A stretch of DNA of 64,000 nt from an uncultured Alphaproteobacteria bacterium (GCA_963702695.1 CAVPDS010000008.1:85979-149978), one strand, 5' to 3'; counted from the first letter of the stretch, positions 24,729 through 34,880 are shown. Made by a program: numbers and translations. The notes: generated by a model not told the origin, from the letters alone.

Positions 24729-24965
24729 ATGGCCATGGAGGCCAACGACATCGAGCGGTTGATCAAGGCCCGCATCCCGGATGCCGACGTGACGATCCGC
24801 GATCTTGCCGGTGACGGCGACCATTATGCCGCCACCGTCATCGCGGAATCCTTCCGCGGCAAATCGCGGGTGGCGCAACACCAGATCGTCTACGAGGCCC
24901 TCAAGGCGGAGATGGGTGGAAAGCTCCACGCCCTGGCGTTGCAGACCGGCGTCCCTCAGGGGTAA
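24729..24965 (+). CDS. bolA: BolA family protein
   Basis: 78 aa. ...GDGDHYAATVIAESFRGKSRVAQHQIVYEAL...LHALALQT. ATG at 24729. Confidence 0.85.
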   Translation: MAMEANDIERLIKARIPDADVTIRDLAGDGDHYAATVIAESFRGKSRVAQHQIVYEALKAEMGGKLHALALQTGVPQG

Positions 24966-25014
24966 GTTGACCGAAATCCCGCATTCATTCGCGGCCCGAG
25001 CATAGGATCAGACC

Positions 25015-25353
25015 ATGAGCATCGAGCAATTCATCGACAATGAGGTCAAGGGGAACGAGGTGGTGCTGTTCATGAAGGGCACCCCGCAGTTTCCGATGTG
25101 CGGGTTTTCTGGCCAACTCGTCCAGATCCTCGATCACCTCGGCGTGACCTACAAAGGCCTCAACGTGCTCGAGTCCGACGAGTTGCGGAACGGCATCAAG
25201 ACCTATTCCAACTGGCCGACCATCCCGCAGCTCTACGTGAAGGGCGAGTTCGTCGGCGGCTGCGACATCGTGCGCGAAATGTTCCAGTCCGGCGAGTTGC
25301 AGACCATGTTCAAGGACAAGGGCGTCGCGGCCGCGGACAAGGCGACGGCCTGA
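25015..25353 (+). CDS. grxD: Grx4-family monothiol glutaredoxin
   Basis: CGFS active site (PMCGFSG) and WPTIPQLYVKGEFVGGCDI. Adjacent to bolA, as is usual. Confidence 0.9.
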   Translation: MSIEQFIDNEVKGNEVVLFMKGTPQFPMCGFSGQLVQILDHLGVTYKGLNVLESDELRNGIKTYSNWPTIPQLYVKGEFVGGCDIVREMFQSGELQTMFKDKGVAAADKATA

Positions 25354-25391
25354 GCCGCGCAAAGCGCCGGTTTCCCCTGCTGATGACCAAA

Positions 25392-25430
25392 CGGCCAGCC
25401 CTGGAGGCTGGCCGCATCGCTTTGCTTCTG
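25392..25430 (+). terminator. Hairpin downstream of grxD, between convergent grxD and rpsD
   Basis: cggccagcc (25392-25400) pairs with ggctggccg (25406-25414), followed by a T-rich gctttgcttctg. Confidence 0.4.
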
Positions 25431-25442
25431 TGCCGAAATGCC

Positions 25443-26060
25443 TTAGCGCGAATAGAACTCGACCACGAGGTGCGGCTCCATCTGCACGGGGTAGGGCACC
25501 TCGGTGATTGCCGGCACGCGGGTGAGCTTCGCGGTCATCTTGGTGTGGTTGACCTCGATGTAGTCGGGCACGTCGCGCTCGGCGAGACCGGTCGCCTCCA
25601 GCACCAGCGCAAGCTGCTTGGACTTCTCCTTGACCTCGACAACGTCATCGACTTTCACGCGGTAGCTCGGGATCGTGACGCGCCGGCCGTTCACGTTGAT
25701 GTGGCCGTGGCTGACGAACTGGCGCGCGGCGAAAACCGTCGGCACCAGCTTGGCCCGGTAGATGATGGCGTCGAGACGGCGCTCTAGGAGGCCGATCATG
25801 TTGGCGCCGGAATCGCCCTTCATCCGGATCGCCTCGTCATAGATGCCGCGGAACTGCTTCTCGCCGATGTTGCCGTAATAGCCGCGCAGCTTCTGCTTCG
25901 CCCGCAACTGCACACCGTAGTCGGAGAGCTTGCCCTTGCGGCGCTGGCCATGCTGGCCGGGGCCATATTCGCGGCGGTTGACGGGGCTCTTCGGGCGGCC
26001 CCAGACATTCTGGCCCATGCGGCGGTCGATCTTGTACTTCGCCTCGTGGCGCTTGGTCAT
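25443..26060 (-). CDS. rpsD: 30S ribosomal protein S4
   Basis: 205 aa. [16 protein letters not shown]..., an S4 RNA-binding domain, and the C-terminus VVEFYSR. Confidence 0.95.
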   Translation of the reverse strand: MTKRHEAKYKIDRRMGQNVWGRPKSPVNRREYGPGQHGQRRKGKLSDYGVQLRAKQKLRGYYGNIGEKQFRGIYDEAIRMKGDSGANMIGLLERRLDAIIYRAKLVPTVFAARQFVSHGHINVNGRRVTIPSYRVKVDDVVEVKEKSKQLALVLEATGLAERDVPDYIEVNHTKMTAKLTRVPAITEVPYPVQMEPHLVVEFYSR

Positions 26061-26234
26061 CGCGTCCTCATGTTTCTGTCGCGTTGGTTTGCGAGGATCG
26101 CGCCCTCCTCTGTCCCGGTTTTTTGCGCCGGAACCGACAGGCCGAGCTTAAGCGTAGGCTCGACCACGGGTCGCGAAACGCCGCGCGAGCCGAAACGGCC
26201 CGCGCGGTGAGCGGTTTCTAGGGGGATCGACCCC

Positions 26235-27038
26235 TCAAGTCAATTCGGCCGCTGGCGTGAGCCCGAACCGGGCGAGCGTCGCCTGCAGGCCGGGGGAAGG
26301 GAGGCGGCCGGAGGTGAAGATGGCCCGGGCGGACCCCGCCGCCGTGCCGGCCTCCCCCGCTCCCAGCAGGTCGACCACGCGGCGGGCGATCGCCGGCGCC
26401 GGATCGATGAAGGTCACCGGCCAGGGCGCGAGCCGTTGCAGCCGATCCAGCAGGAGCGGGAAATGCGTGCAGGCCAGCACCACGATATCGGTGCGCCGGC
26501 CGCTTTCGTCGACGAAACACGGCGCGATTTCCGCAGCGATCGCGGCATCGGCAATCGTCTCGCCGGCCAGCGCCGCCTCGGCCAGCGCCGCCAGCCGGGC
26601 CGAGCCGACCAGCGTGATGTCGGCGCCGTTGGCGAAGTCGCGGATCAGCGCGCGCGTGTATTCGCGGGCGACCGTGGCCTCGGTGCCCAGCACCGATACC
26701 CGGCGGGTGACGGAAGCGGCGCAGGCCGGCTTGATCGCCGGCACCGTGCCGACGAACGGGACCGCATAGCGGGCGCGTAGCTGCGGCAGCACGAGCGTCG
26801 AGGCGGTATTGCAGGCGATCACGATCAGGTCGGGCCGGTGCGCCGCGATCAGTTCGCCCGTCAGCGCAACCACCCGGGCGATCAGGTCCGCCTCGGCATG
26901 GCGGCCGTACGGGAAATAGGCGTCGTCGGCGGCGTAAACGAAGTGCGCATCCGCACGCGCCTTCACGACCTCACGGAACACCGTGAGGCCGCCCAGCCCT
27001 GAATCGAAAACCAGGATCGTTGGTGCGGTCGCCGGCAT
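26235..27038 (-). CDS. murI: Glutamate racemase
   Basis: ILVFDSGLGGLTV, IACNTAS and LACTHFP catalytic Cys motifs. ATG 27036-27038 overlaps the purB stop (TGATG). The upstream track extension is rejected. Confidence 0.9.
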   Translation of the reverse strand: MPATAPTILVFDSGLGGLTVFREVVKARADAHFVYAADDAYFPYGRHAEADLIARVVALTGELIAAHRPDLIVIACNTASTLVLPQLRARYAVPFVGTVPAIKPACAASVTRRVSVLGTEATVAREYTRALIRDFANGADITLVGSARLAALAEAALAGETIADAAIAAEIAPCFVDESGRRTDIVVLACTHFPLLLDRLQRLAPWPVTFIDPAPAIARRVVDLLGAGEAGTAAGSARAIFTSGRLPSPGLQATLARFGLTPAAELT

Positions 27039-28348
27039 CAGTCCTGCTTGCCGAATACCCGATTGAAGATCGTGTCGACGTGTTTGAAGTGATGGCCGAG
27101 GTCGAAGTTCTCCTGGAGGTCGGCCTCGCTCAGGTATTGGCGCACGTCGGGATCGGCGCTGAGGTGGGCGAGGAAATCGCCGTCGCCGCGCCACACCTTC
27201 ATGGCGTTCCTCTGCACCAGCCGGTAGGCGTCCTCGCGCGCGGCGCCTTTCTGCGTCAGCGCGATCAGCACGCGTTGCGAGTGAACGAGGCCGCCGAGCC
27301 GGTCGAGATTCTTGCGCATGTTCTCGGGGTAGATCACGAGCCGCTCGATGATGCCGGCGAGGCGCGCAAGCGCGAAGTCGAGCGTCGCGGTCGCGTCCGG
27401 TCCGATCATGCGCTCGACCGAGGAATGCGAGATGTCGCGCTCATGCCAGAGCGCGACGTCCTCGAGCGCCGGCGTCACGTAGGCGCGCACCATGCGGGCG
27501 AGCCCGGTGACGTTCTCCGACAGCACGGGGTTGCGCTTGTGCGGCATCGCCGAGGAGCCCTTCTGGCCCTCGGAAAAATATTCCTCCGCTTCCAGGACTT
27601 CCGTGCGCTGCAAATGACGAATCTCAGTCGCGAGCCGCTCCACGGAGGAGCCGACCACGCCGAGCGTCGCAAAATACATCGCGTGGCGATCGCGCGGGAT
27701 CACTTGCGTCGAGACCGGTTCGATGCGCAGGCCCATCGCCTTGGCGACATGCGCCTCGATCCGCGGATCGACCTGCGCGAAGGTGCCGACCGCGCCGGAA
27801 ATCGCGCAGGTGGACACCTCCTCGCGCGCGGCGACAAGCCGCTCGCGGGCGCGCGAGAATTCCGCATAGGCCTGCGCGAGCTTGAGGCCGAAGGTCGTCG
27901 GCTCGGCGTGAATGCCGTGCGAGCGCCCGACCGTCGGTGTGAGCTTGTGCTCGAAGGCGCGGCGTTTGAGCGCGGCCAGGAGCTTGTCGGTGTCGGCGAT
28001 GAGGATGTCGGCGGCGCGCTTGAGTTGCACGTTGAGCGTGGTGTCGAGCACGTCCGAGGATGTCATGCCCTGGTGCACGAAGCGCGCCTCGGGTCCGATG
28101 ATCTCGGCGAGATGGGTGAGGAACGCGATCACGTCGTGCTTGACCTCGCGCTCGATCTCATCGATGCGCGCGACGTCGAAGGTGGCGTTCCTGCCCTTCT
28201 CCCAGATCGTCTTGGCCGCCGCTTTCGGGATGATCCCAAGCTCGGCCATCGCGTCGGCGGCGTGCGCCTCGATCTCGAACCAGATGCGATAGCGCGTCTG
28301 CGGATCCCAGATCGCGGCGATGTCGGGTCGGGTGTAGCGGGGGATCAT
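27038..28348 (-). CDS. purB: Adenylosuccinate lyase
   Basis: MIPRYTRPDIAAIW..., and the fumarate-lyase signature region GSSAMPHKRNP. ATG at 28346-28348. Confidence 0.95.
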   Translation of the reverse strand: MIPRYTRPDIAAIWDPQTRYRIWFEIEAHAADAMAELGIIPKAAAKTIWEKGRNATFDVARIDEIEREVKHDVIAFLTHLAEIIGPEARFVHQGMTSSDVLDTTLNVQLKRAADILIADTDKLLAALKRRAFEHKLTPTVGRSHGIHAEPTTFGLKLAQAYAEFSRARERLVAAREEVSTCAISGAVGTFAQVDPRIEAHVAKAMGLRIEPVSTQVIPRDRHAMYFATLGVVGSSVERLATEIRHLQRTEVLEAEEYFSEGQKGSSAMPHKRNPVLSENVTGLARMVRAYVTPALEDVALWHERDISHSSVERMIGPDATATLDFALARLAGIIERLVIYPENMRKNLDRLGGLVHSQRVLIALTQKGAAREDAYRLVQRNAMKVWRGDGDFLAHLSADPDVRQYLSEADLQENFDLGHHFKHVDTIFNRVFGKQD

Positions 28349-28382
28349 TGTCAGCCTCGCGCTTGCCACGTCATGCACTGGC

Positions 28383-28447
28383 TTGTCCCGGCCATCCACG
28401 TCTTTTTTGCGGAGACGGTGTACCCAAGACGTGGATGGCCGGGACAA
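28383..28447. repeat. Perfect 21-bp inverted repeat (REP-type element) in the rpe-purB spacer
   Basis: ttgtcccggccatccacgtct (28383-28403) and agacgtggatggccgggacaa (28427-28447) are exact reverse complements, separated by 23 nt. The downstream acccggcaatgac motif recurs near 19810-19824. Confidence 0.7.
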
Positions 28448-28481
28448 ACCCGGCAATGACGAAGAAGGCCCGACACGTTCG

Positions 28482-29168
28482 TCACACCGCTTCCCCGCGC
28501 GCGAGCGCCGCGGCGTTGCGGATGGCGGCGATGTTGGCGCGATAGGCGTCGGCGTTGCCCCCCTTGAACACCGCAGAGCCCGCGACCAGCACGTTGGCGC
28601 CGGCCTGCGCGACCAGCGGCGCGGTTTCTGGCGCGATGCCGCCGTCGACCTCGATGTCGATCGGCCGCCCGGCGGCGAGTGCGCGCAACTGCGCGATCTT
28701 GTCGATCGCTGAAGTGATGAAAGCCTGGCCGCCGAAGCCGGGATTGACCGACATGACGAGGATCAGGTCGACCAGGTCGATCACCGGCTCGATCGTGCTC
28801 GCGGACGTGCCGGGGTTGAGCGTGACGCCGGCCTTCTTGCCGAGCTTGCGGATAGCCTGCAGCGAGCGGTGGATGTGCGGCCCCGCCTCCACGTGCACGG
28901 TGATGATGTCGGAGCCGGCCTTGGCGAAGGCTTCGAGATAGGGATCGCAAGGCGCGATCATCAGATGCACGTCGAGCGTCTTGCGGGTGTGCGGGCGCAG
29001 CGCCTTCACGATGTCGGGACCGATCGAGATGTTGGGCACGAAGTGCCCGTCCATCACATCGACGTGAATCCAGTCGGCGCCCGCGGCATCGACCGCGCGC
29101 ACTTCCTCGCCCAATCTGGCGAAGTCGGCGGCGAGAATAGAGGGGGCGACCAGCAGTGGGCGTTGCAT
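28482..29168 (-). CDS. rpe: Ribulose-phosphate 3-epimerase
   Basis: 228 aa. [28 protein letters not shown] and [10 protein letters not shown]. Confidence 0.95.
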   Translation of the reverse strand: MQRPLLVAPSILAADFARLGEEVRAVDAAGADWIHVDVMDGHFVPNISIGPDIVKALRPHTRKTLDVHLMIAPCDPYLEAFAKAGSDIITVHVEAGPHIHRSLQAIRKLGKKAGVTLNPGTSASTIEPVIDLVDLILVMSVNPGFGGQAFITSAIDKIAQLRALAAGRPIDIEVDGGIAPETAPLVAQAGANVLVAGSAVFKGGNADAYRANIAAIRNAAALARGEAV

Positions 29169-29430
29169 CCAGGCCTCTCATGGTGCGCCGTTCGCGTATC
29201 ATGCCGGCGGAAGTGCGGCAACGCGCTGTGCTGCGGCAGCGCGTCCGGCAAATTGGACCGGGCGGCTAGGCGAAAATTGCCGCGCTGGAACGCTTGCCGG
29301 CACCCAGCGCTGGCGGCCAGCGCCCGTTTTTCCCAGCCAATCCGGGCTTTTCTGACTTGGCGCGCCTCTTGCTACCGAGCCGGCGGGGCATTGCGCCATC
29401 GGGCGAGCGATGGTCGGTGGAGTTGCGGTG

Positions 29431-30231
29431 ATGTCAGTTTCGTCGATTGGCGCATCCACAAGTGCGTATTCCTATCTGCAGTCTCTCCTGGCGAGCGGCG
29501 GCAAGGCGGCCAGCGATCCCGTCAGTCAACTGCTCGCTGCCTTCTATCCGTCGGGAACCGGCAATCCGACGGCCGCGCCAGCGGCTTCCTCGTCCGATTC
29601 CGCGTCCCCATCCAGCACGCCGGCATCGGGCAACAGTTGCCCAGCGTTCAGCTCGGATACGATGGCGACGCTGATCTCGGTGCAAGGGCAGCAATCGGAC
29701 GGTCAAAATTCCCTGACCTCGCAAGCGCAGTCGCTGTTTGGGCAGTTCGACGCCAATGGCGATGGACAGATCAGCCAATCCGAATTCGAAAACGCCTTCG
29801 GTCCGAATGCCGACACCTCGAAGGTCGACGGCCTGTTCAACGCGCTCGATGCCAACGGCGACGGCTCGGTGAGCCAGGACGAACTGACGAGCGCGGCCCA
29901 GCAAAGCGGCGCGCATCATCACCACCACCACGCGCATGGGGCAGGGGGCGGTCAGGGCGGCGGCGGTGGCGGTCTCGCCGATCTTCTGTCGTCGACCGAC
30001 GCCACCGGCGCGACCACCAAGACCACCGACAACGCCGACGGTTCAACCACCACCTCCATCACTTACGCGGATGGATCGACCATCGATATGACGTTGCCGG
30101 CAGCGAGTTCGAACGGTTCCAGCACATCGGGCAGCGGGTCCGACGCCGATCGCAACTTGCTCGAACAGTTGATCCGTATGCAGTCCCAAATGCTGACGCC
30201 GTCGATCAGCCAGGACCTGGCGAGCATCTGA
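29431..30231 (+). CDS. EF-hand domain protein with His6 run and low-complexity Ser/Thr/Gly regions
   Basis: Two canonical 12-residue Ca loops (DANGDGQISQSE and DANGDGSVSQDE), a HHHHHH run and a GGGQGGGGGG run. The start could also be the ATG at 29410. Confidence 0.65.
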   Translation: MSVSSIGASTSAYSYLQSLLASGGKAASDPVSQLLAAFYPSGTGNPTAAPAASSSDSASPSSTPASGNSCPAFSSDTMATLISVQGQQSDGQNSLTSQAQSLFGQFDANGDGQISQSEFENAFGPNADTSKVDGLFNALDANGDGSVSQDELTSAAQQSGAHHHHHHAHGAGGGQGGGGGGLADLLSSTDATGATTKTTDNADGSTTTSITYADGSTIDMTLPAASSNGSSTSGSGSDADRNLLEQLIRMQSQMLTPSISQDLASI

Positions 30232-30430
30232 GGCGGTCCACCGTCAACCCCTCGTGTCCTGGGCGCGCGCAGCGAAGCGGACCGCGACCCGGGACCCAGC
30301 GCAAGATTTGCGTGGCACAGATTTGCGCTTGCGCGGGACGAGCGCAGTCCAGCCATCGCTGGTATCCTTCCTGCTGCTTCGCTATATCGCCGGGGCGGCC
30401 GATCCGGCGGCGGAAGGATGAAAAAAATTC

Positions 30431-31678
30431 ATGGCGCGCACTGATGCCATCGTGCTCGGCGCCGGCATCGTCGGCACGTCGGCGGCGCTGCATCTCGCCA
30501 AGCGCGGAGTTGCGGTGGCGCTGGTCGACCGGCGCGCGCCGGGCGAGGAGACCTCCTTCGGAAATGCCGGCGTGATCGAAGGCAACACGCTGTTCCCGCA
30601 TCCGTTTCCTGCGGGATTTTCGGCGCTGCTGCGGGTCGCGCTCAAGCAGGCGACGGACGCCAACTATCACCTCTCGTTCCTGCCGCAGGTCGCGCCGTGG
30701 CTCATCGCCTATCGCGCCAATTCGGCGCTCGATCGCCGCCTCAAGTTCGCCGAGGACATGCGTCCGCTGTTCGCACGCGCAGTCGCCGAGCACGAGGCGC
30801 TGATGGCGGAAGCCGGCGCAACTGGTTATTTGCGCAAGAATGGCTGGCTCAAGCTCTACCGCAGCGAGGCGGCGTTCAACGGCACCGCGCGCGAGCGCGA
30901 GGTTGCGGAGAAGTTCGGGCTTCCGCATCAGGCCCTCGGTCGGGACGCCACGCTGGCGCTCGAACCGGCGCTCGCGCCGGACTTTCGGCACGCGGTGTAT
31001 TGGCCGGAGTCCGCGAGCGTCAGCAGCCCGCTGGCGGTGACCAAGGCTTACGCTGCGCGCTTCGAGACCCTCGGTGGCCGCGTGCTGGTCGGCGACGCGC
31101 GCACGCTTCGACGCGCCGGATCATCGTGGCAAGTGTTGACCGACGACGGAACGGTTACCGCCGAAAGCGTCGTGCTGGCGCTCGGGCCGTGGACGCCCGA
31201 CGTTCTCGGTCCGCTCAAGCTCAAATTCCCGCTCGCGGTCAAGCGCGGCTATCATCTGCATTTCCACCCACGCGGCAATGCCGGGTTGGCGCGGCCGGTC
31301 GTCGATGCCGAACTCGGCTATTGCGTTGCGCCGATGGAGCAGGGGTTGCGCCTGACGACCGGGGCCGAATTCGCGCCGCGCGATGCGCCGCCGACGCCGG
31401 TCCAGTTCGAGCGTCTGCTGCCGGCGGCGCGGGCGCTGTATCCGCTCGGCGAGGCAATTGAGCAGGTGCCGTGGATGGGGAGCCGTCCATGCTTTGCCGA
31501 TTCGCGGCCAGTCATCGGCCGTGCGCCCGGGCAGTCCGGGCTTTGGTTGACGTTCGGCCATGCCCACTGGGGGCTCACGCTTGGCCCGGTGACGGGGCGG
31601 CTGCTGGCGGAGATGATGACGGGGGCGGCGCCGTTCTGCGATCCGGCGCCGTATCGTGCCGAGCGGTTTACCGCTTAG
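30431..31678 (+). CDS. FAD-dependent oxidoreductase (DAO/D-amino-acid dehydrogenase-like)
   Basis: DAIVLGAGIVGTSAALHLAKRG dinucleotide fold. 415 aa DAO-family architecture. Confidence 0.8.
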   Translation: MARTDAIVLGAGIVGTSAALHLAKRGVAVALVDRRAPGEETSFGNAGVIEGNTLFPHPFPAGFSALLRVALKQATDANYHLSFLPQVAPWLIAYRANSALDRRLKFAEDMRPLFARAVAEHEALMAEAGATGYLRKNGWLKLYRSEAAFNGTAREREVAEKFGLPHQALGRDATLALEPALAPDFRHAVYWPESASVSSPLAVTKAYAARFETLGGRVLVGDARTLRRAGSSWQVLTDDGTVTAESVVLALGPWTPDVLGPLKLKFPLAVKRGYHLHFHPRGNAGLARPVVDAELGYCVAPMEQGLRLTTGAEFAPRDAPPTPVQFERLLPAARALYPLGEAIEQVPWMGSRPCFADSRPVIGRAPGQSGLWLTFGHAHWGLTLGPVTGRLLAEMMTGAAPFCDPAPYRAERFTA

Positions 31679-31720
31679 AGCGAAACCGCTGAAGCGCGAT
31701 TTCGCTCTAACTCTTTTTAT
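31676..31720 (+). terminator. Rho-independent terminator / REP hairpin after the FAD oxidoreductase gene
   Basis: tagagcgaaa (31676-31685) pairs with tttcgctcta (31700-31709), then CTCTTTTTA. Confidence 0.5.
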
Positions 31721-31731
31721 CTAGGGCCGCG

Positions 31732-31775
31732 TGATCTTATCGCGAAAAGTCTGCAACTTTTCGGGATCGTGCTCT
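31732..31775. repeat. Single copy of the hairpin element that forms the 54875-55098 tandem array (opposite orientation)
   Basis: gaaaagtctgcaacttttcgggatc (31744-31768) is the exact reverse complement of gatcccgaaaagttgcagacttttc in each tandem unit (for example 54877-54901). Confidence 0.75.
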
Positions 31776-31783
31776 GACCGCGC

Positions 31784-32905
31784 TTACTGATCGACGGTGC
31801 GCACCACGCTGTCGGTCGGCCGGCTGCTCACGGTGGGCAGCTTGACGTCCTTCATGACCATCTCGTCGTACTGCGGCAGGCTCGCGAGCTGGCCCTTCGG
31901 CTTCATAAAGACAACCTTGTTGCCGTTGGCCTTGAGCGTATCGAGCAGCTTGGGCAGCGCCTCGGCGGTCCCGCGCTGGAAGTCGTGCATCAGGATGATG
32001 CCCTTGTTGCCGTTCCTTTTCAGCTTGCTCATCACCGACGCGATCACGGCGTCCGGCTTGTGGATCTTGAAATCCTGCGAATCGAAGTCGGCCGAGAAGA
32101 TCGCGACGTTGCGCTCACCGAGATAGCTCACCAGCTCAGGCGGATGGCTCAGGTCCGGAAAGCGGAAGAACGGCGCCAGCGGGTAATTGCCGAGCGCCCA
32201 ATGCACGGCGCTGATGCCTTTCTCGATCTCGGCCTTGGCCTCGTCGGGGCTCTTCTTCATCAGCTTGATCAGGTCCTGGTGCGACCAGGTGTGCGTGCCG
32301 ATCGTATGTCCGGCCGCGGCGACCTCCTTGAGCAGGCCCGGCTCCCACATCGAGTGCTTGCCGATCGCGAAGAAGACCGCCTTGGTGCAGTGGTTGGCGA
32401 GCGCGGCGAGTACCAGCGGCGTATTGTGTGGCCACGGGCCGTCGTCGAACGTCAGCACGATCTCTCCCTCACGCAGGAAGTCGTGCTGCTTGAAGTGCTC
32501 GAAGCCGAAGCCAGGACCGCCGGTGGTGTCGATCTCGACCGTGCGGGAGATGCCGATCGCGTTCGGGTTCGCGCAGGTCGTGACGATCGGGCGTGGAGCA
32601 ACGGCAATGGGTTGCGCAATTGGCGCCGGTACCGGTGCAGCGGCCGGCGCTGCGGGCGCGACCGTGCCGGTCATCTGCGCCACGACGGCGCCCGGCGCCG
32701 TCTGAGCGCCCGCGCCGATGGTGCCGGCCGCGGACACGTCGGTGATGACGGCCGCCGCCCTTGCAGGCTTGGCGGGTGTCGTCGCCGCTGGCGCAGTCGC
32801 CGCGACAGCGACAGCGGGCGTGCTTGCCTTTTGCGCTAGCACCGCCCCAAAGATCGCGAGAACCACGACAATCGCGAGCGCGCAAGCTGCTGCAGCCAAA
32901 CGCAT
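31784..32905 (-). CDS. Polysaccharide deacetylase (NodB homology) family protein with Ala/Pro-rich linker
   Basis: TM anchor MRLAAAACALAIVVVLAIFG, FDDGPW, and GHTIGTHTWSH (metal-binding His motif). ATG 32903-32905 with GAGGAG upstream. Confidence 0.8.
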   Translation of the reverse strand: MRLAAAACALAIVVVLAIFGAVLAQKASTPAVAVAATAPAATTPAKPARAAAVITDVSAAGTIGAGAQTAPGAVVAQMTGTVAPAAPAAAPVPAPIAQPIAVAPRPIVTTCANPNAIGISRTVEIDTTGGPGFGFEHFKQHDFLREGEIVLTFDDGPWPHNTPLVLAALANHCTKAVFFAIGKHSMWEPGLLKEVAAAGHTIGTHTWSHQDLIKLMKKSPDEAKAEIEKGISAVHWALGNYPLAPFFRFPDLSHPPELVSYLGERNVAIFSADFDSQDFKIHKPDAVIASVMSKLKRNGNKGIILMHDFQRGTAEALPKLLDTLKANGNKVVFMKPKGQLASLPQYDEMVMKDVKLPTVSSRPTDSVVRTVDQ

Positions 32906-33008
32906 CGCACTCTCCTCACTACGAAAATACCGCTCTGCCGGCCCCAATCAACAACTTAAGAAAGCAAACTTTGGTTAAGTCAAGGTAAGCAAAAACTCAT
33001 TGCGACGA

Positions 33009-34004
33009 TTATGGTGCGTAACGGTCACGCCAGCTTGGCAGAGCCCCGGGAAATGGCAGCGGCGTGGCCTCATAGACCCCGCGGGCGACCGCTCGGGCCA
33101 CCACGTTGGCCGCCAAAGTTCCAAGTTCCGCCAGCCCCACGAGCGGGGCCGCCAGCGGTCGCCGCCCGGTCGATGCCGCGAACACCACGTCGCCGTCGAG
33201 CGGGGTATGGATCGGGTAGACGGCGCGCGCGACGCCGGTCTGTGCCATCATCGCCAGGCGTTTCGCCTGCGCCTTGGTGAGCGTGGCGTCGGTTGCAACC
33301 AAGACCAGGGTGGTGTTTTCCATGTTGCTTCCCTTTACACGCAAGGCCAGCGCCTGCGGCGGGAACTCCGCCGGCAGGCCGCGCCCGCCGAATTCTGACT
33401 CGCGTTCGAACGGGGCGGCCCAGAACCAGGGGCCGCCGCCGATCACCGCGGTGCCCGCGGCGTTGACGACTGCGAGCGCTCCGATCGTGATCCCGCCGGG
33501 CGTCACCGCAGAGGCGGAACCGAGGCCGCCCTTGAAATCGGCCGTAGTCGCGCCGAGGCCGGCGCCGGCGCTGCCGAGCGCGAATTCCAACCCCACAGCG
33601 GTGGCGGCTGCGTAGCCCAAATCCCGGTAGGGCGCGAACCGGCCCCAGTTCTTGTCGCCGCCGGCGAGCAGATCGAAGATGATCGCGCCCGGCACGATCG
33701 GAACCCGCGCGCTGCGCACCGGGTAGCCGCGGCCTTGCTCGCGCAGCAGGGCCTGCACGCCGCCTCCGGCTTCCAGGCCGAACGCCGAGCCGCCGGAGAA
33801 CGCCAGGGCGTCGATCCGCTCGACCGTCATGGAGGGATCGAGCAGGTCGGTCTCGCGCGTGCCGGGACCGCCGCCGCGAACATCGATCGATGCGATCGCA
33901 GGCTCATCGAACACGATCGCCGTGACGCCCGAAGCCAGACGCTCGTCTTGCGCGTGGCCGACCCGGAGGCCCGGCACGTCGGTGATGAGATTGCGGTCCG
34001 GCAT
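33009..34004 (-). CDS. P1 family peptidase (DmpA/L-aminopeptidase, S58-like)
   Basis: ITDVPGLRVGH, GVTAIVF, ALAFSGGSAFGL and NTTLVLVATDA, typical of Ntn-type DmpA-family proteins. Confidence 0.8.
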   Translation of the reverse strand: MPDRNLITDVPGLRVGHAQDERLASGVTAIVFDEPAIASIDVRGGGPGTRETDLLDPSMTVERIDALAFSGGSAFGLEAGGGVQALLREQGRGYPVRSARVPIVPGAIIFDLLAGGDKNWGRFAPYRDLGYAAATAVGLEFALGSAGAGLGATTADFKGGLGSASAVTPGGITIGALAVVNAAGTAVIGGGPWFWAAPFERESEFGGRGLPAEFPPQALALRVKGSNMENTTLVLVATDATLTKAQAKRLAMMAQTGVARAVYPIHTPLDGDVVFAASTGRRPLAAPLVGLAELGTLAANVVARAVARGVYEATPLPFPGALPSWRDRYAP

Positions 34005-34113
34005 GATTGCCCCTCGCTCTGCCCGAGGGCGAGCCTATCACCGCCGATCACTTCGGTGCGACGGCATTCGAAGCGGCTTGCATCGGCTGCGTCCGCCATC
34101 GCATCTAGGCGCG

Positions 34114-34869
34114 ATGGTTGCCTATCTCACCACCCTTTGGGTGCAGTTCCCCTGGATCGCCGCGCTGCTCGCGGGCGTGATCAGCTTCCTGTCGCCCTGC
34201 GTGTTGCCGCTGGTGCCGCCTTATCTCGCGTATCTCGCGGGCGCCTCGCTCGAACGGTTCGTGGATGGCGAGAGCGAGCCGCAGGTGAAGCGCGAGACTA
34301 TTTTCGCTGCGCTTTTGTTCGTGGCGGGCTTCTCGACCGTCTTCGTCATGCTGGGGGCGAGCGCGAGCGTGATCGGCGCGGTGGTCCGCTATTATTGGAA
34401 TGAGCTTGCGATCGTCGCCGGCATTGCCATCGTCGTGATGGGCCTGCATTTCCTCGGCGTCACCCGGATAGGGTTGTTGCATCGGCAGGCGCGGGTGGAA
34501 ATGCGCACGCCGGTGGGACTTTGGGGCGCCTACGCCATGGGGCTTGCCTTCGCGCTCGGCTGGACCCCGTGCATCGGACCGATCCTGGCGACGATCCTCG
34601 CCGTAGCGGGCTCGCAGGCGACTGTGGCGAAGGGCGCTGGCCTGCTCGCGGTCTATTCGCTGGGACTCGGCATCCCGTTCCTGCTGGCGGCGCTCGCGGT
34701 CGAGCCGTTCGCTGCTTTCGCCAAGCGCTTCCGCGCGCATCTCGACAAGGTCGAGCGCGTGATGGGCGGCCTGCTGGTGCTGACCGGGATCGCCTTCCTC
34801 GCGGGCTTCTTCACGCAGCTCAACAATTGGCTGCTGGAGGCGTTTCCCGGGCTGCAGAATATCGGGTGA
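34114..34869 (+). CDS. ccdA: Cytochrome c biogenesis thiol-disulfide transporter CcdA
   Basis: SPCVLPLVPPYL and WTPCIGPIL paired Cys motifs in a 6-TM protein. ATG at 34114. The upstream 95 codons of the track ORF are antisense overlap with the peptidase gene. Confidence 0.85.
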   Translation: MVAYLTTLWVQFPWIAALLAGVISFLSPCVLPLVPPYLAYLAGASLERFVDGESEPQVKRETIFAALLFVAGFSTVFVMLGASASVIGAVVRYYWNELAIVAGIAIVVMGLHFLGVTRIGLLHRQARVEMRTPVGLWGAYAMGLAFALGWTPCIGPILATILAVAGSQATVAKGAGLLAVYSLGLGIPFLLAALAVEPFAAFAKRFRAHLDKVERVMGGLLVLTGIAFLAGFFTQLNNWLLEAFPGLQNIG

Positions 34870-34880
34870 CGCAAGCCCCT

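Noticed and set aside
33829-34113. 95-codon N-terminal extension of the ccdA ORF
   Set aside because: It overlaps the peptidase gene on the opposite strand, has an Arg/Ser/Pro-rich nonsense composition, and the CcdA homology begins at MVAYLTTLW (ATG 34114).
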